Part shown: positions 27,503 through 37,004 of the stretch, one piece after another
How positions within the stretch are numbered: the stretch's first letter is position 1
Layout of the letters: the number at the start of each line of letters is the position of its first letter
Assembly (NCBI GenBank): GCA_017455525.1
Contig: JAFTAP010000029.1
Span: 3,994 to 67,993, forward strand
Origin: Lachnospiraceae bacterium
Lineage (GTDB): Bacteria > Bacillota > Clostridia > Lachnospirales > Lachnospiraceae
Direction of reading: 5' to 3'
Length of the DNA stretch: 64,000 nucleotides
The notes under the pieces: model-generated
Database searches by the model: none
What the model was told of the DNA's origin: nothing
Seen by the model: only the letters and a program-made list of their open reading frames with translations
Translations under genes and position numbers: made by a program

Positions 27503-28759
27503 TTGGACGGAATGCTGTCGCAGGATGAAATAAATGCCCTGCTTTCCGGTATGGCCGCTGATGGTGACGATGCCTCCTCCGGTGCGGATGCAGGAGGAGC
27601 CGATGCAGCTCCTGCAGGGGATGTGGCATCGGCTGCTCCCGGCGGAGGCGGCGAGGATGAGCTTACTGATTTCGAGAAGGACGCCATAGGAGAGGTAGCG
27701 AATATAAGCATGGGTACTTCTGCTACGACGCTTTATTCGCTCGTTAACCGCAAGGTCGATATCACTACTCCCGAGGTCACGATGTCTACATGGAATGACA
27801 TCGTGGATAATTATGAGAAGCCTTGCGTATTTATTCAGATACATTATAAGGTAGGTCTTGACGGCTATAATATGCTTATCCTTAAAGAGGACGACGTCAA
27901 GATCATAACGGATCTTATGATGGGTGGCGACGGGACGAGTACGGATGGAGAGCTCTCGGAGCTGCATCTGTCCGCTATATCGGAGGCAATGAACCAGATG
28001 ATGGGATCGTCTGCTACTTCATTATCCTCCATGCTAGGACGTATGATAGATATATCTCCCCCGGAGGCATCGTTGGTTGACCTGACGGAGGGCAATCCGG
28101 GAGACTATGCGGAGTTCCTGATGGGAAGGTTCGTAAAGATTTCCTTCAGGATGCAGATAGGGGATCTGGTTGACTCCACGATCATGCAGTTATATCCTGT
28201 AAGCTTTGCGAAGGAGCTGTATGATCACTTCATAGGAAGCCAGGAGGCAGCACCTGCTCCGACACCGGAGCCGGCACCTGCGCCCACTCCGGAGCCGGCA
28301 CCTGCTCCTGCAGCGGCACCAATGCCTGATCCTAATATGGCGGCGGCTCCGCCACCTAATATGGGGTATCCGCAGCAGGCTCCTCCGCAGATGGGATACG
28401 GAGCGCCTCAGATGGGTTATGGGGCACCGCAGATGGGATATGCCCCGCCACCTATGGGAGCGCCCGTCAATGTGCAGCAAGCGCAGTTTACTACATTCTC
28501 CAATGACATCAACCCGATGCAGCCACAGGAGAATATAGAGCTGATAAAAGACGTCCCGCTGGAAGTTACAGTCGAGTTAGGCAGGACAAGAAAGTCAATT
28601 AATGATATACTGGACTTCTCACCCGGTACTATCATAGAACTCGACAAGATAGCAGGTGAACCGATAGACGTCTTGGTCAATGGCAAGAACGTGGCTAAGG
28701 GCGAGGTCGTGGTCATCGATGAGAGCTTTGGAGTAAGGGTAACTGAAATTATTAAATAA
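27503..28759 (+). CDS. fliY: Flagellar motor switch phosphatase FliY (CheC-like domains plus a FliN C-terminal domain).
   Basis: LSQDEINALL. CheC-type segments EKDAIGEVANISMGTSAT and ELHLSAISEAMNQMMGSSAT. Pro-rich repeat linker. FliN/SpoA C-terminus LEVTVELGRT...VLVNGK. Confidence 0.9.
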   Translation: MDGMLSQDEINALLSGMAADGDDASSGADAGGADAAPAGDVASAAPGGGGEDELTDFEKDAIGEVANISMGTSATTLYSLVNRKVDITTPEVTMSTWNDIVDNYEKPCVFIQIHYKVGLDGYNMLILKEDDVKIITDLMMGGDGTSTDGELSELHLSAISEAMNQMMGSSATSLSSMLGRMIDISPPEASLVDLTEGNPGDYAEFLMGRFVKISFRMQIGDLVDSTIMQLYPVSFAKELYDHFIGSQEAAPAPTPEPAPAPTPEPAPAPAAAPMPDPNMAAAPPPNMGYPQQAPPQMGYGAPQMGYGAPQMGYAPPPMGAPVNVQQAQFTTFSNDINPMQPQENIELIKDVPLEVTVELGRTRKSINDILDFSPGTIIELDKIAGEPIDVLVNGKNVAKGEVVVIDESFGVRVTEIIK

Positions 28760-28774
28760 GGAGTTTACAAAGTT

Positions 28775-29137
28775 ATGGCAAAGAACATTCTGATCTGTGA
28801 TGATGCAGCGTTCATGAGGATGATGATCAAGGACATCCTCTCAAAGAACGGCTACAATGTCGCCGGAGAGGCAGAGAACGGTGCGAAGGCCGTAGAGAAG
28901 TACAACGAGCTTAAGCCCGACCTTGTGCTCATGGACATCACGATGCCCGAGATGGACGGTATCCAGGCACTCAAGGCGATAAAGGGCGGCGATCCCGCAG
29001 CACTCGTCATCATGTGCTCCGCAATGGGTCAGCAGGCGATGGTTATCGAGGCTATACAGGCCGGAGCGAAGGACTTTATAGTCAAGCCGTTCCAGGCAGA
29101 AAGAGTCTTGGAGGCCGTAAAGAAAGTAGTAGGGTGA
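28775..29137 (+). CDS. cheY: Chemotaxis response regulator CheY.
   Basis: 120-aa single REC: ILICDDAAFMR, LVLMDITMPEMDG, VKPF. Confidence 0.92.
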   Translation: MAKNILICDDAAFMRMMIKDILSKNGYNVAGEAENGAKAVEKYNELKPDLVLMDITMPEMDGIQALKAIKGGDPAALVIMCSAMGQQAMVIEAIQAGAKDFIVKPFQAERVLEAVKKVVG

Positions 29138-29490
29138 TGCCGGACGCAGACGGTTTCATACAGCTTTTTACCGTTCTTGCTATATTCGCCATAGTGCTTC
29201 TTGTGACGTACTTTACCACGAGGATAGTAGGTGGGTATGCCAAGAGTAAAGTAGCGACTGGCAATATAGAGATCATAGACTCGGCGAAGGTCGCTCCTTC
29301 AAAGTATATTGCGATAGTACGCGCTGCCTCTAAGTATATAGCGGTCGGCATCGGGAAGGATGAGATTACTTATCTTTGCGAACTATCAGAGGACGACATA
29401 GTTGAAAGACCGTCGGGCATTACGTCTACGTTTGACTTTAAGGAGTTAATGGAGAAGGCCAAGGCCAGAATAGGAAAAAATGAGGATTAA
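29137..29490 (+). CDS. fliO: Flagellar biosynthesis protein FliO (FliZ).
   Basis: The ATG overlaps the cheY TGA (GTGATG). One TM segment FTVLAIFAIVLLVTYF. The longer 29014 start in the track overlaps cheY and is rejected. Confidence 0.75.
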   Translation: MPDADGFIQLFTVLAIFAIVLLVTYFTTRIVGGYAKSKVATGNIEIIDSAKVAPSKYIAIVRAASKYIAVGIGKDEITYLCELSEDDIVERPSGITSTFDFKELMEKAKARIGKNED

Positions 29491-30415
29491 ATGGCTTAAA
29501 GGGCTTGCCCTTGTGCCGATTTTATTCATGTTCACTCTTATCTTTCCTGTATTCGCCTATGCCAATAACGACATCGCTACGAACAGGGATATAGGCGGTG
29601 CCTCGACACAGACATTAGATGAGACGCCCGGAGAGAGGACGAGAAGATATAATAATATCGGGATGGATGCCGGCGAGTATGACGCCAATACTGTCATAGA
29701 CGAGCCGGGATCTTCCGATGACAGATCGGATCTTCGTGAACTGAACGTCGGCAATAACCTGAATATTACATACAATGATGGTAACGGAAACCTGAGTGGC
29801 GCTCTGAGGATACTGATTATCCTTACTCTTGTTGCCCTCGCTCCGCTCCTTCTCATAATGTTGACCTCGTTCACCCGGGTACTGGTGGTTCTTCATTTCG
29901 TTAGGGCGGCCGTGGGCACTCAGACTGCTCCGCCGAACCAGGTTTTAGTGGGGTTGACATTATTTATTACCTTTTTCATAATGCAGCCCACTATAAACGA
30001 GATAAACGTGAACGCAGTCCAGCCTTTTGAGAAGGGTGAGATGACGCAGCAGGAGTTCTTTGAGGAAGCGATGGCTCCTCTGCGTACCTTTATGTACGGA
30101 CAGACGCAGATGAAGGATGTGAGGCTTTTTATGGACATAGCCGAGATAGAGGATGTGGAGGGCATAGATGATATACCTAATGCTGTACTTATTCCGGCTT
30201 TCCTTATATCGGAGCTTAGGACAGCCTTCATAATAGGTTTTTTGGTATACATACCTTTTATCGTCATAGACATGGTAGTGGCTTCAACATTGATGAGCAT
30301 GGGTATGATGATGCTCCCGCCTACTACTGTATCTATGCCTTTCAAGATACTGCTTTTCGTCCTGGCGGACGGCTGGAATCTGATAATAGGGTCATTGGTT
30401 AAGACCTTTTACTGA
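29480..30415 (+). CDS. fliP: Flagellar export apparatus protein FliP, with an N-terminal insertion of about 90 aa after the signal peptide.
   Basis: Conserved LTSFTRVLVVLHFVRAAVGTQ and C-terminal PFKILLFVLADGW. Confidence 0.92.
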   Translation: MRIKWLKGLALVPILFMFTLIFPVFAYANNDIATNRDIGGASTQTLDETPGERTRRYNNIGMDAGEYDANTVIDEPGSSDDRSDLRELNVGNNLNITYNDGNGNLSGALRILIILTLVALAPLLLIMLTSFTRVLVVLHFVRAAVGTQTAPPNQVLVGLTLFITFFIMQPTINEINVNAVQPFEKGEMTQQEFFEEAMAPLRTFMYGQTQMKDVRLFMDIAEIEDVEGIDDIPNAVLIPAFLISELRTAFIIGFLVYIPFIVIDMVVASTLMSMGMMMLPPTTVSMPFKILLFVLADGWNLIIGSLVKTFY

Positions 30416-30432
30416 TAAGGAGGGCATGAGCT

Positions 30433-30702
30433 TTGGATGTATCGGCTGTCACGCAAATAACGAGAGAGACCTTATATGTGATCATAATAACGGCTGCGCC
30501 GTTGCTCCTTATATCGCTTGTCGTAGGACTTACGATCTCCATATTCCAGACCGTGACGAGCATACAGGAGCAGACACTTACCTTCGTGCCTAAGGTGCTT
30601 GCGATATTTGCGGGGATATTGCTTTTAGGGCATTGGATGCTTAATAACATGGTAGGGCTTATGGAGAAGTTGTGGACGGACTTCACCATATACGTTAAAT
30701 GA
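30433..30702 (+). CDS. fliQ: Flagellar export apparatus protein FliQ.
   Basis: 89 aa with two TM segments: AAPLLLISLVVGL...QEQTLTFVPK. TTG start 8 nt after AAGGAGGG. Confidence 0.88.
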   Translation: MDVSAVTQITRETLYVIIITAAPLLLISLVVGLTISIFQTVTSIQEQTLTFVPKVLAIFAGILLLGHWMLNNMVGLMEKLWTDFTIYVK

Positions 30703-31487
30703 TAAACTACTCGTTTTCTATTCAGGATCTTGAGTTTTACCTTCTGGTAGTGACGAGGGTTTCGTGCTTCGTATTTGCGGCTCCGTTCTTCTCGACGCAG
30801 AACGTGCCAAGAAGGGTGAAGGTCGGTTTTTCGCTGGTTGTTGCTTTTTTATTATACAGGTTCGTAGTGCCGCATTATGTCTTACAGTACGATACGGTAT
30901 TAGGCTATGCGGTTTATGTGCTGAAGGAAGCCTTTGCAGGCGTGATGCTTGGGTTCTCCACGAGCCTCTGCATGTATATAATGCAGTTCGTGGGAACGCT
31001 GTCCGACATGGACATAGGGCTTTCGATGGTGAATTTTTTCGATCCTGTAACAAGGGTCAACACCGGTTTCACCGGATCGCTATATCAGTATTCGATACTG
31101 CTGATACTGTGTGTCACGGATATGTATCAGTGGATACTGAGGGCTTTTATTGACAGCTATGAGCTGATACCTACGGGGAGGATAGTGATTGACTTTGACA
31201 GCCTCTTTGCTTCGATGGCTTCCTTCCTGACGGATTACGTGGTAATAGGGTTCAGAATATTTTTGCCCGTGTTTTCGGTGATGCTGATACTTAATGTGGT
31301 GCTTGGTATCATGGCTAAGATTGCCCCGCAGATGAATATGTTCTCCGTGGGCATGCAGATAAAGATACTGGTAGGGCTTGGAACGCTTTTTATTACGATA
31401 GGCTCGTTGCCTGCCATTTCTGATTTTATTTTTTCGGAGATGAAGGTGATGTTTACTGATTTTGTCGGGGGTTTTTCCGCTGGATGA
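30699..31487 (+). CDS. fliR: Flagellar export apparatus protein FliR.
   Basis: Polytopic 262-aa protein. Position fliQ-fliR-flhB. Start overlaps the fliQ stop. Confidence 0.88.
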   Translation: MINYSFSIQDLEFYLLVVTRVSCFVFAAPFFSTQNVPRRVKVGFSLVVAFLLYRFVVPHYVLQYDTVLGYAVYVLKEAFAGVMLGFSTSLCMYIMQFVGTLSDMDIGLSMVNFFDPVTRVNTGFTGSLYQYSILLILCVTDMYQWILRAFIDSYELIPTGRIVIDFDSLFASMASFLTDYVVIGFRIFLPVFSVMLILNVVLGIMAKIAPQMNMFSVGMQIKILVGLGTLFITIGSLPAISDFIFSEMKVMFTDFVGGFSAG

Positions 31488-32653
31488 CGGGTTATCTTTG
31501 CTTGGATGAAAAACTTAATACTAAAGGGCTTATAGCATTAGACCTGCAGTTTTTCGCAGATGACGGTCCCGGCGGTGAGAAGACTGAGGAGCCTACAAGT
31601 AAGAAGCTAAATGATGCAAGGAGTGACGGACAGGTTGCCAAAAGTCAGGAGCTATGCAATGCTATATCGCTCATAGCGTTATTCCTTACGCTAAGAATGG
31701 TGGGTATGAATATGGGCAATGGCTTCCTTGATGTCATAAAATACGTGTTCGGCATCATTCCTGAGTTTACCGTGCTGGTAAATGGTGAGATATCGCAGAA
31801 GACTTTTGACAACATAATCAGATTTGCGATAATCAGAATTATAGTTATTCTGCTCCCTATTTTTGCAGTCGGAGTGCTGGTAGCCTTTTTCGTGAATTTA
31901 TTTCAGGTTAAGTGGAAGGTCAGCACGAAGCCTTTGAGACCGAAGTTTTCAAAGCTGAATCCGGTCAGCGGTATGAAGAAGATATTTTCAAAAAAGAAGC
32001 TTATGGATCTGGCTCTTGCTATCGGAAAGCTCGCCATTATATTTGGTGTTGTGTGGAGCTACATACAGGGCTTTGGAGGTCTTCCTTCTCTTCTGCTCGA
32101 TATGCAGACGAATACGGGAATCGGGGAGACTTGTATCATCATAATAAACCTCGGACTTAGGATAAGCTTCGTTTACCTGCTTCTTGCCATTATTGATTAT
32201 ATATATCAGAGATGGAAGTTCCATAAGGATATGATGATGACGAAGCAGGAGGTCAAGGACGAGTACAAGAACTCCGAGGGAGATCCACAGGTTAAGGGAA
32301 AGATTAAGCAGAAAATGATGGAGGCATCAAGGAGACGAATGATGCAGGAGGTTCCTTCGGCAGACGTCGTAATCACGAACCCTACGCATTTTGCCGTTGC
32401 GCTTAAGTATGACACGGATGTAGCGGATGCTCCATATATTGTTGCAAAAGGACAGGATTTCCTTGCTCAAAAGATCAAGGATGAAGCGAGGGAAGCAGGG
32501 GTTGAGATAGTTGAGAATAAGCCTCTTGCGAGGATGCTCTATCATAATGTTGACATAGGAGGAGTGGTTCCGCCGGAGCTTTATCAGGCAGTGGCAGAAG
32601 TACTCGCTTTCGTATATAATTTAAGAGACCGCAAAAAGAGCGGCGCAGCATAA
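31484..32653 (+). CDS. flhB: Flagellar export switch protein FlhB.
   Basis: KTEEPTSKKLNDARSDGQVAKSQEL and the autocleavage site NPTHFAVAL. Confidence 0.93.
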   Translation: MTGYLCLDEKLNTKGLIALDLQFFADDGPGGEKTEEPTSKKLNDARSDGQVAKSQELCNAISLIALFLTLRMVGMNMGNGFLDVIKYVFGIIPEFTVLVNGEISQKTFDNIIRFAIIRIIVILLPIFAVGVLVAFFVNLFQVKWKVSTKPLRPKFSKLNPVSGMKKIFSKKKLMDLALAIGKLAIIFGVVWSYIQGFGGLPSLLLDMQTNTGIGETCIIIINLGLRISFVYLLLAIIDYIYQRWKFHKDMMMTKQEVKDEYKNSEGDPQVKGKIKQKMMEASRRRMMQEVPSADVVITNPTHFAVALKYDTDVADAPYIVAKGQDFLAQKIKDEAREAGVEIVENKPLARMLYHNVDIGGVVPPELYQAVAEVLAFVYNLRDRKKSGAA

Positions 32654-32686
32654 ACAACGCAAAGGGGCTTTTGACCCCAGCATCAT
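32649..32686 (+). repeat. Copy 2 of the interspersed repeat. It spans the flhB stop codon.
   Basis: CATAAACAACGCAAAGGGGCTTTTGACCCCAGCATCAT is identical over 38 nt to the reverse complement of 52667..52704. Confidence 0.85.
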
Positions 32687-32708
32687 AATATAGGGATCAC
32701 GGGATAAT

Positions 32709-34778
32709 ATGGACTCTACAGCATCGAGTACAGCTAAGAAGAAAATGACAATACAAGACTTAGGAGTAGCGCTCTACCTGCTCTTTGCTTTTGTGTTCTT
32801 CATAGTACCGATGCCGAACACGCTTCTTGACATTATGCTTGCCGTCAATATGGCTGTAGCCTTTGCTATACTTTTCAATACGCTTTTCGTAAACGAAGTA
32901 CTGGAGATGTCCTTCTATCCTACGATACTGCTTTTTACTACCATATTCAGGATCTCGCTTAACGTTTCGTCTACGAAGCTAATATTGTCTACGGGAGATC
33001 CGGGAAACGTCGTCCGTACCTTCGGTCAGTTCGTCGGAGGAAACGACCTTATCATAGGAACCATAGTCTTCATAATAATCATCATCTTGCAGTTCGTCGT
33101 TATAAATAAGGGCTCGGAGCGTGTGTCCGAGGTCACGGCCAGGTTCACTCTGGATGCCATGCCGGGTAAGCAGATGGCTATAGACGCTGACCTTAATACC
33201 GGAGCCATAGATGACGCCGAGGCTAAGAGAAGAAGAGATAAGATACAGGAAGAGTCCTCGTTCTTCGGTTCCATGGACGGTGCCGTGAAGTATGTTAAGG
33301 GAGACTCTACGGCAGGCCTTCTTATCACGGGCATCAATATCATAGGCGGCATAGCTATGGGAGTGCTAAGGAGGGGAGACACTATCGGCGAGGCTCTTAA
33401 TAACTATGCGATACTTACGATCGGTGACGGCCTGGTATCTGCCATTCCTTCGCTTCTTATATCGCTTGCGACAGGTATACTTGTAACAAAGGGCGGTAAG
33501 GAGGCAGACTTCGGTCCTGATCTTGTGAAGCAGATATTCGGCGTGCCTAAGGTTATGTATATGGCAGGAGGAGTTATCATATTCTTAGGTCTTGTAACTC
33601 CTCTTAACGCTGTCATATTCTCTATCGTAGGCGGTCTTTTCCTTGTAGGCGGAAGGGTGATGCAGAGTCAGCTTGAGGTCAAGAAGGTGGAGACGGAGGT
33701 AGAGAAGGAAGAGACCACGGCGGAGGAAATAAGAAAGCCGGAGAACGTAGTGTCACTCCTTTCCGTAGACCCCATAGAGCTGGAGTTCGGTTATGGCATC
33801 ATTCCTTTGGCTGATGTGAATCAGGGCGGAGACTTGCTTGACAGGGTCGTAATGATAAGGCGTCAGATAGCGCTTGAGATGGGTACCGTGGTTCCTATCA
33901 TAAGGCTGCGTGATAACATACAGCTCAATCCTAATCAGTACATCATCAAGATAAAGGGCGTGCAAGTCGCTGACGGCGAGATACTTTTCGATCATTATAT
34001 GGCCATGAATCCGGGCTATGTAGAAGAAGAGATAACGGGCATACCTACCGTGGAGCCTTCCTTCCATCTGCCTGCCACATGGATAACGGAGGGACAGAGG
34101 GAGAGGGCGGAGTCCTTAGGCTACACCGTCGTAGACCCGCCTTCAATCATAGCTACGCACCTTACGGAAGTCATAAGGCAGCACATAGCCGAGCTTCTTA
34201 CAAGGCAGGATACTCAGAATCTCATAGACAATCTGAAGGAATCAAATCCTTCAGTCGTGGAGGAGCTTACGCCGAAGCTTTTGGGCCTTGGCGAGATACA
34301 GAAGGTCTTGCAGAATCTGCTTGAAGAGGGCGTATCCATAAGGGATCTGCTTACTATCTTCGAGACGCTTGCGGACTATGCGGCTACGACCAGGGATACC
34401 GACGTGCTGACAGAATATGTTAGACAGGCTTTGAAGAGGGCGATATCCGCAAGGTATTTCGAGCCGGGAGAGACTACTCAGGTAGTAACGCTCGATCCTA
34501 AGGTGGAGCAGGAGATAATGGCGTCCGTTAAGCAGACAGAACAGGGTGCGTATTTAACGCTTGACCCTGAGCGGACTAAGGCGATAATAGCTGCGACCGG
34601 TGAGGAGCTTAAGAAGCTTGATGACTTGGGGCAGAATCAGATAGTAGTAACTTCTCCTATAGTGCGTATTTATTTCAAGAAGCTTACAGAGGATTACTAT
34701 AATGAGATGGTCGCGGTCTCATATAATGAGATAGAAAATGACGTGGAGCTGCAGAGCATAGGCATGATAACTGCTTGA
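32709..34778 (+). CDS. flhA: Flagellar export gate protein FlhA.
   Basis: 689 aa. FHIPEP-family membrane domain (SERVSEVTARFTLDAMPGKQMAIDADL) and a cytoplasmic domain. Confidence 0.95.
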   Translation: MDSTASSTAKKKMTIQDLGVALYLLFAFVFFIVPMPNTLLDIMLAVNMAVAFAILFNTLFVNEVLEMSFYPTILLFTTIFRISLNVSSTKLILSTGDPGNVVRTFGQFVGGNDLIIGTIVFIIIIILQFVVINKGSERVSEVTARFTLDAMPGKQMAIDADLNTGAIDDAEAKRRRDKIQEESSFFGSMDGAVKYVKGDSTAGLLITGINIIGGIAMGVLRRGDTIGEALNNYAILTIGDGLVSAIPSLLISLATGILVTKGGKEADFGPDLVKQIFGVPKVMYMAGGVIIFLGLVTPLNAVIFSIVGGLFLVGGRVMQSQLEVKKVETEVEKEETTAEEIRKPENVVSLLSVDPIELEFGYGIIPLADVNQGGDLLDRVVMIRRQIALEMGTVVPIIRLRDNIQLNPNQYIIKIKGVQVADGEILFDHYMAMNPGYVEEEITGIPTVEPSFHLPATWITEGQRERAESLGYTVVDPPSIIATHLTEVIRQHIAELLTRQDTQNLIDNLKESNPSVVEELTPKLLGLGEIQKVLQNLLEEGVSIRDLLTIFETLADYAATTRDTDVLTEYVRQALKRAISARYFEPGETTQVVTLDPKVEQEIMASVKQTEQGAYLTLDPERTKAIIAATGEELKKLDDLGQNQIVVTSPIVRIYFKKLTEDYYNEMVAVSYNEIENDVELQSIGMITA

Positions 34779-34782
34779 TAAG

Positions 34783-36108
34783 ATGATAATTAAGAAATTT
34801 ACTGCAAAAACTGAAGACGAGGCATTAAAGGCGGCGCGCTCGGAGCTTGGAGCCGGAGCCGTCATAATGAACGTCAAAAAGGTAAAGAAGAAGGGACTTG
34901 TGGGAGTATTCTCTAAGGCACAGGTCGAGGTGACGGCAGCCATAGAGGAAGAGAAAGCAGACATGCCGGTAAGTCCTGCTGGTGCTCCACTTAGGAGCAG
35001 GGCAGAGCAGAATACAAAGCCCAAGGTAGATATTTTAGCTACCGACGATACGCCTGTCAGACAGGAGAGAAGCAAAGGAAATGCTGGAAATAAGCTCTCC
35101 GGGTACAAGGATGTGCTGACCGACGAGGAATATGAGAAGCTCCATCCTGAGCTTAGCTCTGTTAAGGATGAGAAAAAACCTAATAGAGGGAGCACGGATA
35201 AGATAGATAACCTTCAGGTTCTTATCGAGCAGCAGCTTAAAACCGTCATGGATCAGGATGCCGCTAAGGAGAAATCGGGCGATAAGAAAGAGGGCAATAA
35301 GGAAGTCATGAGCTTCATTAAGCTCATATACACTACGCTTATTAATAATGAGGTTGACGAGAAGTATGCGAACGATCTCGTGGAAGAGATAGAGAAGCTT
35401 TCAAAGCCCGGTGTCACGATTGACTATCTGCTCTCCAATATATATCAGAAGCTTATACTCAGATTCGGAGTAAGCTCAGGCATCACTGAGGCAGAGGAAG
35501 GACCTAAGGTCATAGTATTCATAGGGCCCACAGGCGTTGGAAAGACGACTACCATAGCGAAGCTCGCATCAGAGATGGCGGTTAATCAGAAGAAGAAGGT
35601 GGCCTTAGTCACTACCGATACTTACAGGATAAAGGCTGCCGAGCAGCTGAGGTCCTATGCGGAGATCATGGATGTAGTTGTAAACGTGCCCTTCAAGGTC
35701 ATTTATTCTGCTGATGATATAAGGAATACCTTAGAGGAGCTTAAGGATCAGGACTTCATCTTCGTGGATACTGCGGGCTATTCTCCCAAGGATAAGGAGA
35801 AGAGGGACGAGATGAAGCATATCCTGGACGCGGCCAAGGAGGTCATGGATATAGAGACTTACCTTGTGCTGTCTGTCACGACCAAGTACAGGGATCTGCT
35901 CTCAATCTGCGACATATACAAGGAGATGGATGACTTCAAGCTTATATTCACGAAGCTTGACGAGACATCTACCTTCGGAAACATATATAATATAAGGATC
36001 TACACGGGAGCTGAAATTTCCTATATGACTGACGGGCAGGACGTGCCTGACGATATAGAGACATTCAATCCGCAGAGCATCGTAAGATCCATATTGGGAG
36101 GCTCTTGA
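34783..36108 (+). CDS. flhF: Flagellar SRP-type GTPase FlhF.
   Basis: GPTGVGKTTTIAKLA, DTAGYS, TKLDET motifs. Confidence 0.9.
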   Translation: MIIKKFTAKTEDEALKAARSELGAGAVIMNVKKVKKKGLVGVFSKAQVEVTAAIEEEKADMPVSPAGAPLRSRAEQNTKPKVDILATDDTPVRQERSKGNAGNKLSGYKDVLTDEEYEKLHPELSSVKDEKKPNRGSTDKIDNLQVLIEQQLKTVMDQDAAKEKSGDKKEGNKEVMSFIKLIYTTLINNEVDEKYANDLVEEIEKLSKPGVTIDYLLSNIYQKLILRFGVSSGITEAEEGPKVIVFIGPTGVGKTTTIAKLASEMAVNQKKKVALVTTDTYRIKAAEQLRSYAEIMDVVVNVPFKVIYSADDIRNTLEELKDQDFIFVDTAGYSPKDKEKRDEMKHILDAAKEVMDIETYLVLSVTTKYRDLLSICDIYKEMDDFKLIFTKLDETSTFGNIYNIRIYTGAEISYMTDGQDVPDDIETFNPQSIVRSILGGS

Positions 36109-36992
36109 TGGATCAGGCGACAAGGCTTCGTACTATAATAAAACAGAATCAGGTCGCTCCCGCTCATGCGGCAAGGGTCATAACCGTTACGTCCGGAAAG
36201 GACGGAGTAGGCAAGTCCAATGTAGCTATAAATCTTGCCGTGCAGTTTAAGAAGATGGGACAGAGGGTCATAATCTTCGATGCGGACTTCGGGCTTGCAA
36301 ATATAGAGGTAATGTTCGGAACCGTGCCGAAGAATAACCTTGCGGACCTTATTTATCAGGGAAAGAGCATCCGTGACGTTATAACCTGGGGTCCCATGGA
36401 TATCGGGTTTATATCGGGAGGCTCGGGAATAGCAGGGCTTACGAACCTTGGTAATGATTATATTAACTACCTCGTGACGCAGCTTGCTGACCTTGACAGC
36501 ATTTCCGATGTCATAATAATAGACACGGGAGCGGGTATCTCGAATGCCGTAATAGAGTTCCTCGTGGCATCTGGAGAGATACTGCTTGTCACGACGCCGG
36601 AGCCTACCTCTATAACGGATTCTTATTCGCTGCTTAAGGCATTGAAGCGGAATCCAAGGTATAATGCGGAGAATTCGCAGGTGAAGGTTATATCGAATAA
36701 GGTATCCGACTATAAAGAAGGTGAGATACTATATAAGAAGCTGAATGCCGTCGTGCAGAGATACCTGCACCTTGACATGTCATATTTAGGGGCTATACCG
36801 GAGGATTCCGAGCTTTCAAAGGCGGTCATGCAGCAGAGTCCTGTGTGCATATCAAATATGAACGCCAAGTCTGCGAAGGCTTTTGACGATATAGCAAAGA
36901 CGCTCATGGACATTCCGCACGAGAAGCAGGGCTTCAGGACAGGAATGGCCGGATTTTTTGCAAATATGATAAGAGGAAGATATACAGGATAG
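36105..36992 (+). CDS. flhG: MinD/ParA-type ATPase FlhG (YlxH), a regulator of flagellar number.
   Basis: Deviant Walker A SGKDGVGKSNV. Position after flhF. Confidence 0.88.
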   Translation: MMDQATRLRTIIKQNQVAPAHAARVITVTSGKDGVGKSNVAINLAVQFKKMGQRVIIFDADFGLANIEVMFGTVPKNNLADLIYQGKSIRDVITWGPMDIGFISGGSGIAGLTNLGNDYINYLVTQLADLDSISDVIIIDTGAGISNAVIEFLVASGEILLVTTPEPTSITDSYSLLKALKRNPRYNAENSQVKVISNKVSDYKEGEILYKKLNAVVQRYLHLDMSYLGAIPEDSELSKAVMQQSPVCISNMNAKSAKAFDDIAKTLMDIPHEKQGFRTGMAGFFANMIRGRYTG

Positions 36993-37004
36993 AAAAGGAG
37001 TCGT

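Noticed and set aside
29014-29136. The long version of the fliO ORF starting at 29014.
   Set aside because: It overlaps the last 124 nt of cheY in another frame, and its translation there is Gly/Arg-rich nonsense. The ATG at 29137, overlapping the cheY stop, gives the expected FliO N-terminus with a TM segment.
30764-31153. 129-aa plus-strand ORF overlapping fliR in another frame. Similar cases are 6889..7107, 26094..26306, 31912..32160, 34079..34324 and 50279..50464.
   Set aside because: They are alternative-frame ORFs inside well-supported genes, with Arg/Cys-rich translations and no independent evidence.
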